This document shows, piece after piece, positions 1 to 9,334 of a DNA stretch of 64,000 bases. The position numbers and the translations under genes are program-made. The notes beneath the pieces were generated by a model that saw only the letters and a program-made list of their open reading frames with translations, did no database searches and was not told the origin of the DNA. Within the stretch, counting starts at the first letter, position 1. The number at the start of each line of letters is the position of its first letter. Location of the stretch: contig URQH01000006.1 of NCBI GenBank assembly GCA_900549955.1, positions 4,116-68,115 on the forward strand, read 5' to 3'. The stretch comes from an uncultured Eubacteriales bacterium. Its GTDB lineage: Bacteria > Bacillota > Clostridia > Christensenellales > CAG-138.

Positions 1-97
1 ATCGCCGGGGCCGGCAGTTGCCCGCGCAGAGCCGCGCGGCTTGCCCGTCCCCGCCCGGGAAAGGGTGTGCCGCCAAGGCGGCGCCGGCGCTTTTTCC

Positions 98-2386
98 ATG
101 GCTTTTGAGATACGGGATACCACGCTCATACGCTACCTGCCGGACACGGACGCCGCCAGCGTCACCGTGCCCGAGGGCGTGCTGCGCATTGGCGAAGAGG
201 CCTTTGCCGGTTGTGCCGGGCTGGAAGAAGTGATTCTGCCGCGCGGCGCTTTTGCGGTGGGCGCCTCGGCGTTTGCCGGATGCCCGGACCTCGTGTCGGT
301 CGTGCTGCCGGAGGAGATGCGCTCGATCGGCAACAAGGCGTTTTATGACTGTGCTTCGCTCCGGTCCGTCAACATGCCGGACACGCTGGAGGAGATCGGC
401 GACGAGGCCTTTGGCGGCTGCGTGTCGATCCGCGGCGCGGCGCTGCCGGGCGGGCTGGTGCGGCTGGGCCACAGCGTGTGCCACGGCTGCAGCGGGCTGC
501 TCGCCGCGCAGTTTCCGGACGGGATCTCGGACGTCGGAGACTATTTTTTCTGGGGTTGCTCGTCGCTGCAGTTCGTGCGCCTGCCGCGGCAGGCAAGGCG
601 CATCGGCGTCTATGCCTTTTACGGGTGCCGGTCGCTCCGGGATCTGCGCCTGCCGGAGAGTGTGCGGGAAATCGGCTACAGCGCGTTCTCCTACTGCGAA
701 TCCCTCCGCGGTATCGCCCTGCCGGAAGGCATCGAGCAGGTGGGCGACTACCTGTTCTGGAACTGCGCGTCCCTCCGCGCCGTCGCGCTGCCGGGCAGCC
801 TGCGCGCCGTCGGCACGCGCGCGTTCAACGGGTGCACGGCGCTTGCGGAGCTGCGCATGCACGACGGGCTGGAACAGATCGGCGACCATGCGTTTGACGG
901 CTGCGCCGCGCTGCGGGACGTCCGCCTGCCGGACAGCGTCGCCACCATTGGTGCGCACGCCTTTGCCGGCTGCCGCGCGCTCCGGCAGCTGCATCTGCCG
1001 GACCGCCTGACCGAGCTGCGCGACGGCCTGTGCAAGGGCTGCTCGTCGCTTACGGACGTGCAAATGCCTTCCGCCCTGCGCCGGCTTGGCCGCGAGGCCT
1101 TTGCCGGGTGCAGCCGCTTGGAGCGCGCAACGCTGCCTGCGACGGCCACGGAGGCCGGCCCCGCCGCCTTTTCCGGGTGCGCCTCGCTGCGCGCCATCGC
1201 GCTGCCGGCGGGCACGCAGGCCGTGAGCGAGCGGGAGTTTGCCCACTGCGCCGCCCTCGAGCGGATCGACCTGCCGCCGAGCGTCACGGCCATTGGCGAC
1301 GACGCGTTTTCCGGCTGTGCCGCGCTGCGGGAAGCGCCGCTGAGCGCGCACATCCGCCAGCTGGGCGCCGGCGTCTTCTCCGGCTGCACCGCACTGGAGG
1401 CGGCCGCGGTGCCGGCCGGCCTGCCGTCGCTGCCGGACCGCCTGTTTGAGGGCTGTACTTCGCTCCGGGAGCTCCGCCTGCCGGCGTCGGTAACGGGCAT
1501 TGGCGCGCGTGCGCTGGCGGACTGCACCGCCCTCCAAACGCTTTCGCTGCCCGCCGGGCTGTGCCGGCTGGACGAGGAGGCCTTTGCCGGGAGCGGGCTC
1601 GTGGAGCCGTCGCTGCCGCACGGCGTCACAGCCCTCGGCGACGGGCTGTTTGCCGGATGCGCTTCGCTCACGCGCGTCCACCTCCCGCCGGATCTGCGCG
1701 CAGTCGGCGCGCGCGCCTTTTTCCGCTGCCGCGCCCTGACGGAACTGCATTTGCCTGACAGTGTGGAGGCGGTGGGCGCCGGCGCGTTTTACGGCTGCGA
1801 CGCGCTGGAGCGGCTCTCCCTGGCAGACGGCATCCAGGAAATGGAACGCTCGCCCTTTTCGCTGCCCGGGTACGACCTGTTCTGGAAGGTGCCCATGCGC
1901 CGTATCACGATCCGCTTTGCCGCTGCAGCCGACGGCCTGCCGCTGGTGGACGTGCCCATCCCGGCCTGCGACGACATGCATCAGATGTTTGCCCTGGGCT
2001 ATTACGAACTGCTGGCCGCCTCGCCGCACGGGCCGTTCGACTTCCCGGCATACGACGAGCTGTTCCGGCACCGGGAGTCCGATCTGACACGGTGCGTCAT
2101 CGCGCTGTCGCGTCTCGCCTGCCCCAAGCACCTGCAGGAGGAGCCGCGCGCCCGGTACCTGGCCTTTTTGCGGCGCCACGGCGCCACGGCGCTCTCCATC
2201 ATCGGGCAGCTGCAAAAGCCCGGCTGGATGACGCTGCTGGAGCAGGCCGGCGCCATCCGGCCGGACAACATCGACATGCTGCTCGAGCTGGCGGCGCGGA
2301 TCGGCTCGGCCGAAATCACCGCCTACCTGCTCGAATACCAGAGCCGGGACATCGGCTTTTCGCCGTCGTCCCGCTGGTCGCTTTGA
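98..2386 (+). CDS. Leucine-rich repeat protein (BspA / LRR_5 type), cytoplasmic, with a ~190-aa non-LRR C-terminus
   Basis: ORF 41..2386. Roughly two dozen tandem ~23-aa units of the form LxxVxLPxxLxxIGxxAFxGCxxL. No signal peptide or TM at the N-terminus (MAFEIRDTTLIRYLPDTD...). I prefer ATG 98 over TTG 41, but neither has a clear RBS, so the start is uncertain. Confidence 0.8.
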   Translation: MAFEIRDTTLIRYLPDTDAASVTVPEGVLRIGEEAFAGCAGLEEVILPRGAFAVGASAFAGCPDLVSVVLPEEMRSIGNKAFYDCASLRSVNMPDTLEEIGDEAFGGCVSIRGAALPGGLVRLGHSVCHGCSGLLAAQFPDGISDVGDYFFWGCSSLQFVRLPRQARRIGVYAFYGCRSLRDLRLPESVREIGYSAFSYCESLRGIALPEGIEQVGDYLFWNCASLRAVALPGSLRAVGTRAFNGCTALAELRMHDGLEQIGDHAFDGCAALRDVRLPDSVATIGAHAFAGCRALRQLHLPDRLTELRDGLCKGCSSLTDVQMPSALRRLGREAFAGCSRLERATLPATATEAGPAAFSGCASLRAIALPAGTQAVSEREFAHCAALERIDLPPSVTAIGDDAFSGCAALREAPLSAHIRQLGAGVFSGCTALEAAAVPAGLPSLPDRLFEGCTSLRELRLPASVTGIGARALADCTALQTLSLPAGLCRLDEEAFAGSGLVEPSLPHGVTALGDGLFAGCASLTRVHLPPDLRAVGARAFFRCRALTELHLPDSVEAVGAGAFYGCDALERLSLADGIQEMERSPFSLPGYDLFWKVPMRRITIRFAAAADGLPLVDVPIPACDDMHQMFALGYYELLAASPHGPFDFPAYDELFRHRESDLTRCVIALSRLACPKHLQEEPRARYLAFLRRHGATALSIIGQLQKPGWMTLLEQAGAIRPDNIDMLLELAARIGSAEITAYLLEYQSRDIGFSPSSRWSL

Positions 2387-2411
2387 CATGGGACGGCACC
2401 AAGGAGGGAAC

Positions 2412-4250
2412 ATGGAGCACAACGATGAGCGGGACCGCCGGATCGACGCGCTGGCGCGGGACGTGCTGCTACTGTCGCGCAACACGCTGCTGGTCCATCT
2501 GCGCTTCCTGGACGCGGCGCTGAGCCGCTTCACCTTCGAGCGCAGCGACGACGGCCACATCGCCACCGACGGGCAGGTGTTCCGCTACAACCCGCGGCAC
2601 GTGCTGCTCTCCTACCGCGACGAACGGGAGGCGCCCACGCGCGACTACCTGCACCTGGTGCTGCACTGCGCGTTTCGCCACGCGTTTGTCGACCCGCGGC
2701 TGGACCGCGCCTGCTGGGACCTGGCCGCCGACATCGCGGTCGAGTGCGCCATCGACAGCCTCGCCCTCCCATGCGTCAACGCCGCCCGCCAGGAGCGGCA
2801 GCAGCCGATCGTGCAGCGGCTCACGCGCGAGGGCGTGCTGCTGACGGCAGAAAAGATCTACAGATATTTCAAAAACGAACGCTGTCTGGACGGCACCGCC
2901 CTGCAGGAGCTGCGGCAGGCCTTCTTTGCCGACGACCACGACCTGTGGTACCAACCCGTGCCCGAGAGCGAGGGCGACGCCGCGCGCGACGCGACAGACC
3001 CCGACGCGCCCGAGGCAGACGTGGACGGGGACGGCGGGCAGACGGACCCCGGCAGGGATGCCGACGGCACGGATGAGGACGAGGCCCCGGAGGAAGGCGC
3101 GCAGGAGACGCCGGACGAAGGCGGCGAGCAGGAGGACGGCGACGCCCCCCGGGATGGCAGCGATGAAGCGCCAGACGAAGGCGGCAAACAGGAGGGCAGC
3201 GACGCCCCGGAGGACGGCGGCGGCGAAACGCCGGACGCGGACGGCGAACAGGAGGACGGCGACGCCCCGGAGGACGGCGGCGGCGAAACGCCGGACGAGG
3301 ACAGCGAGCAGGAGGACGGCGACGCCCCGGAGGACGGCAGCGGCGAAACGCCGGACGCGGAAGATGCCGCCGAGGCGGGCGCGCAGGAGACGCCGGACGT
3401 GGGCGACGCGCCCGTGTCCGCCGGTTATGCCGGCGAGCAGGGCTACGGCCAGCCACAACCCGGCGGCGGCTCCGGCGCCGACAACGGCAGCCGCCCGCCG
3501 CTCACACGCGAGGAGCTGGAAGAGCTGTGGAGCGAAATTGCCCGGCACATGCAGGTCGATCTCGACACCGGCAAACAGCAGCGCGGCAGCGGCGCGGGCG
3601 CGATGATGCAAAACCTGCGCGCCGTCACGCGCGAAACCTACGACTATACCGATTTTCTGCGGCGCTTTGCCGTGCCGGGCGAGGCCATGCAGATCAACGA
3701 CGACGAGTTCGACTACATCTACTATACCTATGGCCTGCAGCTGTACGGCAACACGCCGCTGATCGAGCCGCTGGAATACAAGGAAGTGCGGCGCATCCGC
3801 GAATTCGTCATCGCCATCGATACCTCCGGTTCCGTCAAGGGCGACGAGGTGCAGCGCTTCATCCAGAAGACCTACAACATCCTGCTCGAGGAGGAGAGCT
3901 TTTTTACCAAGATCAACCTGCACATCATCCAGTGCGACGCGGCCATCCAGGAAGTGCAGAAGATCACCTCCCGCGAGGAATTCGACGCCTACCTGGCCGG
4001 CATGACGCTCAAGGGCTTTGGCGGCACGGATTTCCGGCCCGTATTCGCCTACGTGGACCGCATGCTCGCCGAGCGGGAGTTTGTCAACCTCAAGGGGCTC
4101 ATCTACTTTACCGACGGGCAGGGGGTCTATCCCGCGCAGCAGCCCGCCTATGAAACGGCGTTCGTGTTCGTGCGGGACGACTACGAGGTGCCGAAGGTGC
4201 CCGTATGGGCCATCCGGCTCGTGCTCGACCGCGACGACCTGCAGGCGTAA
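2412..4250 (+). CDS. DUF2201-type protein: N-terminal putative metallopeptidase-like domain, long acidic repeat linker, C-terminal VWA domain
   Basis: ORF 2388..4250. Start moved to ATG 2412, preceded by AAGGAGGGAAC. The C-terminus has a MIDAS-like motif (VIAIDTSGSVKGDE). The N-terminus resembles DUF2201_N (YLHLVLHCAFRH). A D/E/G/P-rich region of ~170 aa lies in the middle. It sits directly upstream of an AAA_5 ATPase, the usual MoxR/VWA pairing. Confidence 0.75.
   Translation: MEHNDERDRRIDALARDVLLLSRNTLLVHLRFLDAALSRFTFERSDDGHIATDGQVFRYNPRHVLLSYRDEREAPTRDYLHLVLHCAFRHAFVDPRLDRACWDLAADIAVECAIDSLALPCVNAARQERQQPIVQRLTREGVLLTAEKIYRYFKNERCLDGTALQELRQAFFADDHDLWYQPVPESEGDAARDATDPDAPEADVDGDGGQTDPGRDADGTDEDEAPEEGAQETPDEGGEQEDGDAPRDGSDEAPDEGGKQEGSDAPEDGGGETPDADGEQEDGDAPEDGGGETPDEDSEQEDGDAPEDGSGETPDAEDAAEAGAQETPDVGDAPVSAGYAGEQGYGQPQPGGGSGADNGSRPPLTREELEELWSEIARHMQVDLDTGKQQRGSGAGAMMQNLRAVTRETYDYTDFLRRFAVPGEAMQINDDEFDYIYYTYGLQLYGNTPLIEPLEYKEVRRIREFVIAIDTSGSVKGDEVQRFIQKTYNILLEEESFFTKINLHIIQCDAAIQEVQKITSREEFDAYLAGMTLKGFGGTDFRPVFAYVDRMLAEREFVNLKGLIYFTDGQGVYPAQQPAYETAFVFVRDDYEVPKVPVWAIRLVLDRDDLQA
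3121..3360 (+). repeat. In-frame 60-bp tandem repeat, 4 near-identical copies plus degenerate flanking copies (~3079-3400)
   Basis: Units starting at 3121, 3181, 3241 and 3301 align column by column (gcggcgAaCAGGAGGACGGCGACGCCCCGGAGGACGGCGGCGGCGAAACGCCGGACGNGG). They encode a 20-aa unit, DGEQEDGDAPEDGGGETPDx. Confidence 0.9.
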
Positions 4251-4295
4251 ACGACACGCCGGAACCACCACAACCGGCAGAGAGGGGGAAGCAGC

Positions 4296-5813
4296 ATGAA
4301 CATCAAACAAGCCAAGGAACAGATCAAAAACGCCATGACCGCCTACTTTACCAAGGACGCGTTCGGCAACTACGTCATCCCGATCGAGAAGCAGCGCCCC
4401 GTGCTGCTCATGGGCGCGCCGGGCATCGGCAAGACCTCGATCATGGAGCAGATCGCCTCCGAGCTCGGCGTTGGGCTCGTGTCCTATTCCATGACGCATC
4501 ACACCCGCCAGAGCGCGCTGGGGCTCCCGTTCATCACGCACAAGCTGTACGGCGGCAAGCAGTACGACGTGTCGGAATACACGATGAGCGAGATCATCGC
4601 CTCCGTGTACGACATGATGGAAGATACGGGCGTGCAGGAGGGCATCCTGTTCCTCGACGAGATCAACTGCGTGTCCGAAACGCTCGCGCCGCCCATGCTG
4701 CAGTTCCTGCAATACAAGGTCTTTGGCCGCCACCGCGTGCCGGACGGCTGGATCGTGGTGACCGCCGGCAACCCGCCCGAGTACAACAAGTCCGTGCGCG
4801 AGCTGGACATCGTCACGTGGGACCGGCTCAAGCGGATCGACGTGGAGCCGGATCTCGAAACCTGGCGGGAATATGCCTGGAAAAAGGGCGTGCACGCTTC
4901 CGTGCTCACGTACCTGGCCGCCAAACAGGATGACTTTTATGTGGTGGAATCGGCCGTCGGCGGCAAACTGTTCGTCACGGCCCGCGGCTGGGACGACCTG
5001 TCGGAGATGATCAAGCTGTATGAGCAGCACAACCTGCCCGTGGATGAACGACTGATCGGCCAGTATCTGCAGCATCCGCGCATCGCAAAGGATTTTGCCA
5101 TCTACTACGACCTGTATCGCAAATACCAGTCGGATTACCGCATTGCGGAAATCCTCGACGGGCAGGCCCCGGACGAGGTCAAAAACCGCGCGCGCATGGC
5201 CGGCTTTGACGAGCGGCTGGCGCTGCTGGGGCTGCTGCTGTCCGCCATCACGGCGCACCTGCGCATGAGCGTCGTGGAGGAGGACCGCCTGAGCGCGCTG
5301 CAACAGGCGCTGCGCGAGGTCAAGCAGGCCATACTGGAACGCGGCGCGGAGCCGGTCGCCGCGCTCGACCAGCAGATCGCCGCGCGCCACGACAAGCTAG
5401 ACCGCGGCGCACGCTCCGGCGCGCTTTCGCGCGAGGCGCAGGACGACCTGCGGCAGCAGATCGTCGAACTGCAGGCCTACCGGGACCTGCTGCTGCAGGA
5501 GCAGCCAGAGGATGCGCCCGCGGCGTTTGGCCTGATCCAGGTGCGCTTTGGCCGGCAGGTCGCCGCGTTTGAAGCCGGCGCCGCAAAGACGGGCGAGCGG
5601 CTGTCCAACCTGTTCCGGTTTGTGGAGGCGGTGTTCGGCGAAGGGCAGGAGATGCTGATCCTCGTGACAGAGCTGACGGCCGGCTACTACAGCGCGCGCT
5701 TCATCAGCCGCCACGGCTGCGCCGAGTACTTCGCCCACAACCGGGAACTGCTGTTCTATGAGCGGCAAAAAGAGCTCATCTCGCAGCTGAACGACCTGGA
5801 TATCGAATCTTAA
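4296..5813 (+). CDS. MoxR-like AAA+ ATPase (AAA_5 family) with a long helical C-terminal extension
   Basis: Walker A LLMGAPGIGKTS, Walker B GILFLDEIN, RBS GAGGGGGAAG upstream of ATG 4296. The C-terminal ~250 aa are rich in R/E/L/Q and look coiled-coil-like. Confidence 0.8.
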   Translation: MNIKQAKEQIKNAMTAYFTKDAFGNYVIPIEKQRPVLLMGAPGIGKTSIMEQIASELGVGLVSYSMTHHTRQSALGLPFITHKLYGGKQYDVSEYTMSEIIASVYDMMEDTGVQEGILFLDEINCVSETLAPPMLQFLQYKVFGRHRVPDGWIVVTAGNPPEYNKSVRELDIVTWDRLKRIDVEPDLETWREYAWKKGVHASVLTYLAAKQDDFYVVESAVGGKLFVTARGWDDLSEMIKLYEQHNLPVDERLIGQYLQHPRIAKDFAIYYDLYRKYQSDYRIAEILDGQAPDEVKNRARMAGFDERLALLGLLLSAITAHLRMSVVEEDRLSALQQALREVKQAILERGAEPVAALDQQIAARHDKLDRGARSGALSREAQDDLRQQIVELQAYRDLLLQEQPEDAPAAFGLIQVRFGRQVAAFEAGAAKTGERLSNLFRFVEAVFGEGQEMLILVTELTAGYYSARFISRHGCAEYFAHNRELLFYERQKELISQLNDLDIES

Positions 5814-5874
5814 CCCTGAAACATACGGCTCCCACAGGGGCAATCGGGCCACGAACCGGTTTTGGCGCATCAAG

Positions 5875-5902
5875 AGGCCGTCCGCATGTCTGCGGACGGC
5901 CT
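5875..5902. terminator. Hairpin between the convergent AAA ATPase and glyA genes (putative bidirectional terminator)
   Basis: AGGCCGTCCGCA-tgtc-TGCGGACGGCCT, a perfect 12-bp stem. The flanking T-tracts are weak. Confidence 0.5.
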
Positions 5903-5929
5903 GCTGATTTCGCCTGCCTAAGCGAAGGG

Positions 5930-7183
5930 TTATGCATAGATCGGGAAACGGTCCGTCATCTCCGTGACGATCCGGCGCACCTCCTCGGCGCTGTTGTCAT
6001 AGTCCGTGGCCGTGCGGTAGATGCAATCCGCGATCACATCCATCTCCGCCGTGCCGAGGCCGCGCGTCGTGACGGCCGGCGTGCCGATGCGCACGCCGCT
6101 CGTGACAAACGGCTTTTGCGGATCGTTCGGCACGGTGTTCTTGTTCAGCGTGATATAGACGGTGTCGAGCCGCTTTTCCAGCTCTTTGCCCGTGAGCCCC
6201 AGCCGCCTGAGGTCGAGCAGCAGCAGATGGTTGTCCGTGCCGCCGGAGACCAGATCCATCCCGCGCCGCAACAGCCCCTGTGCCAGCGCCTGCGCGTTTT
6301 CTACAATGCGCCGCTGGTAGTCCGCAAACGCAGGCTGCAGCGCCTCCCGGAAGCAGATGGCCTTTGCGGCGATGACGTGCATGAGCGGCCCGCCCTGCGT
6401 GCCGGGGAATACCGCCTTGTTGATGGCCGGCCCGAGCGCCTCTTTGGCCAGGATCATGCCGCCGCGCGGCCCGCGCAGCGTCTTGTGCGTCGTGGTGGTG
6501 ACCACGTCCGCATAGGGCACGGGGCTCGGATGCACCCCCGCGGCGACCAGGCCCGCGATGTGCGCCATGTCCACCATGAGCAGCGCGCCCACGCCGTGCG
6601 CAATGGCGGCAAACCGTTCGAAGTCGATCACGCGCGGATACGCCGACGCGCCAGCGACGATGAGCTTTGGCCGCACGCGCTCGGCAATGCGCTGCACCTC
6701 GTCATAGTCGATGCGGCCCGTCTCCGGGTCCACGCCGTAGGACTCGAAATGATAGTACCGGCCGGACAGGTTGACCGGCAGGCCGTGGGTCAGGTGCCCG
6801 CCGTTTTGCAGGCTCATGCCCAGCACCGTATCCCCGGGATTGAGCAGCGCAAAATAGACCGCCAGGTTCGCCTGCGCGCCGGAATGCGGCTGGACGTTGG
6901 CAAACTCGGCATGAAACAGCTGTTTGGCGCGCTCAATGGCGAGGTTTTCGACGACGTCCACGTATTCGCACCCGCCATAATACCGCTTCCCGGGATATCC
7001 CTCCGCGTATTTATTGGTCAGCACGCTGCCCATTGCCGCCATGACCGCCGGCGAGGCCAGGTTCTCCGAGGCAATCAGCTCCAGGTTGCGCTGCTGCCGC
7101 TGCAGTTCCCCTTCCATCGCCTCGGCCACGGCAGGGTCGTGCTCCGCAATCAGGCGGAGCGTGTTCACAATGCTCTGTTCCAT
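5930..7183 (-). CDS. glyA: Serine hydroxymethyltransferase
   Basis: 417 aa. Hallmark SHMT sequence: [42 protein letters not shown] ... [16 protein letters not shown] (PLP-binding lysine motif). Confidence 0.97.
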   Translation of the reverse strand: MEQSIVNTLRLIAEHDPAVAEAMEGELQRQQRNLELIASENLASPAVMAAMGSVLTNKYAEGYPGKRYYGGCEYVDVVENLAIERAKQLFHAEFANVQPHSGAQANLAVYFALLNPGDTVLGMSLQNGGHLTHGLPVNLSGRYYHFESYGVDPETGRIDYDEVQRIAERVRPKLIVAGASAYPRVIDFERFAAIAHGVGALLMVDMAHIAGLVAAGVHPSPVPYADVVTTTTHKTLRGPRGGMILAKEALGPAINKAVFPGTQGGPLMHVIAAKAICFREALQPAFADYQRRIVENAQALAQGLLRRGMDLVSGGTDNHLLLLDLRRLGLTGKELEKRLDTVYITLNKNTVPNDPQKPFVTSGVRIGTPAVTTRGLGTAEMDVIADCIYRTATDYDNSAEEVRRIVTEMTDRFPIYA

Positions 7184-7212
7184 AGGCGTCCGCTTTCCTT
7201 CCGTCCTTCCCC

Positions 7213-7472
7213 AAAAAATGCGGGAGCCGCGCCACGCGGGCGCCGCTCCCTTTTACAGGGCCTATACGGCCCGTTGTTCCGTCCGGTACTCTGTCCTTTC
7301 GCCTGAGAGATTCGGCATGCGCCGCGCCACCCGCCGCACACGCCTTGCACCTTCGGCCCCCGCCACGCCGGCGGGCTTCTCCAGAGTCCCCTCCGATTTC
7401 AGTCCTGCCCCATGCGGGGCGCCTGAGAGCGTCATTCCTTCGGCGGGCCATGACGGCCGCTTTCCTGAAAAC
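7213..7472 (-). promoter_or_regulatory. Tandem glycine riboswitch (two aptamers) plus intrinsic terminator in the glyA 5' leader
   Basis: Minus-strand RNA. Aptamer 1: UUCAGGAAAGCGGCC..GGCCCGCCGAAGGAAUGACGCUCUCAGGCG..GGCAGGACUGAA. Aptamer 2: ACUCUGGAGAAGCCCGCC..GGCGGGGGCCGAAGGUGCAAGG...GCCGAAUCUCUCAGGCGAAAGGACAGAGU. Both carry the glycine-riboswitch core (CUCUGGAGA / CCGAAGGxGCAA / CUCUCAGGCxAAAGGACAG) and closing P1 helices. The terminator GGGAGCGGCGCC-cgcgu-GGCGCGGCUCCC + GCAUUUUUUGG (plus 7213-7250) lies ~30 nt before the glyA start. Confidence 0.8.
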
Positions 7473-7500
7473 TTCAAAGGGAGTGTTGTAATATGACCAT

Positions 7501-7529
7501 ATTATATACGGTTCGTGCAGGGAAGTCAA
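7501..7529 (-). promoter_or_regulatory. Sigma-A type promoter for the glycine riboswitch-glyA transcript
   Basis: Minus strand: TTGACT (7529-7524), 17 nt spacer, TATAAT (7506-7501), immediately upstream of aptamer 1. Confidence 0.55.
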
Positions 7530-7671
7530 CGCCATTGCGCGGATCGGCCCGAATCGCGGGCATCCCATCCGGCCTCCGGGCCCACCCGGCAGTCCCCCGC
7601 CATGCCCTGCGGCAGGCGTCCGCCGCCAGGCAACGGAGACGTTACAGGGCGTCGCGCGCGCCGTGATCGCT

Positions 7672-9294
7672 TCAACCGGCTGCCCCTGCCTCACGCTCGA
7701 GTGCCGCGCGGACAAAGCCCACAAACAGGGGATGTGGCCGGTCAGGCCGGGAACGGAATTCGGGGTGGAACTGCACCGCGATATAAAACGGGTGTCCCGG
7801 CAGCTCCACGATCTCCGCCAGATGCCGCTCCGGGTTGTAACCCGTAAAGCGCAGTCCGGCCGCCTCCAGCGCCGGCACAAAGTCGTTGCGGATCTCATAG
7901 CGGTGGCGGTGGCGCTCCCGGATGTGCGTCTCCCCATACAGCCGGTGCGCCAGCGACCGCGTCTGGATGTCGCAGGCATACCCGCCCAGCCGCAACGTGC
8001 CGCCCAGATGGTCGAGGTTCTGCGCCTGATCCGGCATCAAATCGACGACCGGGTGCGTGGTCTTGGGGTCGGCCTCGGAGGAATGCGCGTCTGCCCAGCC
8101 AAGGACGTTTCGCGCATACTCGGCCACCGCCATCTGCATGCCGAGGCAGATGCCGAAAAACGGCACGCCGTTTTCACGCGCATAGCGGATGGCGCGCATC
8201 TTGCCCAGCAGGCCGCGGTTGCCAAAGCCGCCCGGCACCAGCACGCCGTCCACGCCCGAGAGCAGCTCCTCCGCCGGGCGCTCCTCCAGCGCCTCAGCAG
8301 ACACATAGCGCAGATTGACGCGCGCGCTGCAGGCAATGCCGCCGTGACGCAGCGCCTCGGCAATGGACAGGTAGGCGTCCTGCAACTCCACATATTTGCC
8401 CACGATCGCAATCTCACACGCCCGCTCCGGCACGAGATCCCGCTGGACGATCTCCTCCCACCGCGCCAGATCCGGCTGCCGGTCTTCGAGGTGCAGGTGC
8501 CGGCACGCGGCCGCGCACAGTCCGTTGGCCTCCAGCATGAGCGGCACCTCATAGAGCGAGCGCCCATTCAGGTTTTCGATGACATCGGAAGGCGCAATGT
8601 TGCAGAACAGGCCGATCTTGTTACGCAGCTCCTCCGGCACCGGGTGTTCGCTGCGGCACACGAGGATGTCGGGCTGGATGCCGATGCCCAGCAGCTCCTT
8701 GACCGAATGCTGCGTGGGCTTGCTCTTGAGCTCGCCCGCCGCGGCAATATACGGAATCAGCGTCACGTGCAGGAACGCACAGTTGCCGGCTCCCCACTCC
8801 GTCTTGAGCTGGCGGATGGACTCCAAAAACGGCTGCGACTCGATGTCGCCCACCGTGCCGCCGATCTCAACGATCAGCACATCCGGCCGGATCGTCTCCG
8901 CCACGCGCCGCACGCGCGCCTTGATCTCGTCGGTGATGTGCGGGATGATCTGCACCGTACCGCCGTGGTACCCGCCGGCACGCTCCCGCTCGATCACGCT
9001 CAAATATACCTGGCCGCTCGTGGTGTTGTTGGCCCGGGTCAGGTTTTCGTCGATAAAGCGCTCATAGTGGCCCACGTCCAGGTCTGTCTCCGCCCCGTCG
9101 TCGGTCACAAACACCTCCCCGTGCTGGTATGGGTTCATCGTGCCGGGGTCGACGTTCAAATACGGATCGAGTTTGCAGATGCTGACGGAATAGCCGCGCG
9201 CCTTGAGCAACCTGCCCAGGCTGGCAGCCGTGATGCCCTTGCCGAGCGACGACACCACGCCGCCGGTGACGAAGACGAGTTTTGTGGACTGCAT
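7672..9294 (-). CDS. pyrG: CTP synthase
   Basis: ORF 7672..9330. Start moved to ATG 9294 ([21 protein letters not shown]), preceded by GGGAGGAA. The glutamine amidotransferase motif GICLGMQ is present. Confidence 0.97.
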   Translation of the reverse strand: MQSTKLVFVTGGVVSSLGKGITAASLGRLLKARGYSVSICKLDPYLNVDPGTMNPYQHGEVFVTDDGAETDLDVGHYERFIDENLTRANNTTSGQVYLSVIERERAGGYHGGTVQIIPHITDEIKARVRRVAETIRPDVLIVEIGGTVGDIESQPFLESIRQLKTEWGAGNCAFLHVTLIPYIAAAGELKSKPTQHSVKELLGIGIQPDILVCRSEHPVPEELRNKIGLFCNIAPSDVIENLNGRSLYEVPLMLEANGLCAAACRHLHLEDRQPDLARWEEIVQRDLVPERACEIAIVGKYVELQDAYLSIAEALRHGGIACSARVNLRYVSAEALEERPAEELLSGVDGVLVPGGFGNRGLLGKMRAIRYARENGVPFFGICLGMQMAVAEYARNVLGWADAHSSEADPKTTHPVVDLMPDQAQNLDHLGGTLRLGGYACDIQTRSLAHRLYGETHIRERHRHRYEIRNDFVPALEAAGLRFTGYNPERHLAEIVELPGHPFYIAVQFHPEFRSRPDRPHPLFVGFVRAALEREAGAAG

Positions 9295-9334
9295 GTGTGT
9301 TCCTCCCTGGTACATTCTGTATCGCTGCACAAAA

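Noticed and set aside
3079-3400. A regular 60-bp periodic repeat that at first glance resembles a repeat array
   Set aside because: It is not a CRISPR array. There are no unique spacers between units, the units are contiguous and in frame inside a CDS (an acidic linker), and no cas genes are present.
2469-5390. A 973-aa ORF on the minus strand spanning the VWA and AAA genes
   Set aside because: It lies antisense to two genes with clear family motifs (MIDAS, Walker A and B). Its translation is low-complexity R/A/G/V-rich, as expected for a shadow ORF in GC-rich DNA, and it shows no recognisable domain.
7011-7979. A 322-aa minus-strand ORF bridging glyA, the intergenic region and pyrG
   Set aside because: It overlaps the 5' end of glyA and the 3' end of pyrG in other frames. 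The intervening DNA is explained by the glycine riboswitch, promoter and terminator.
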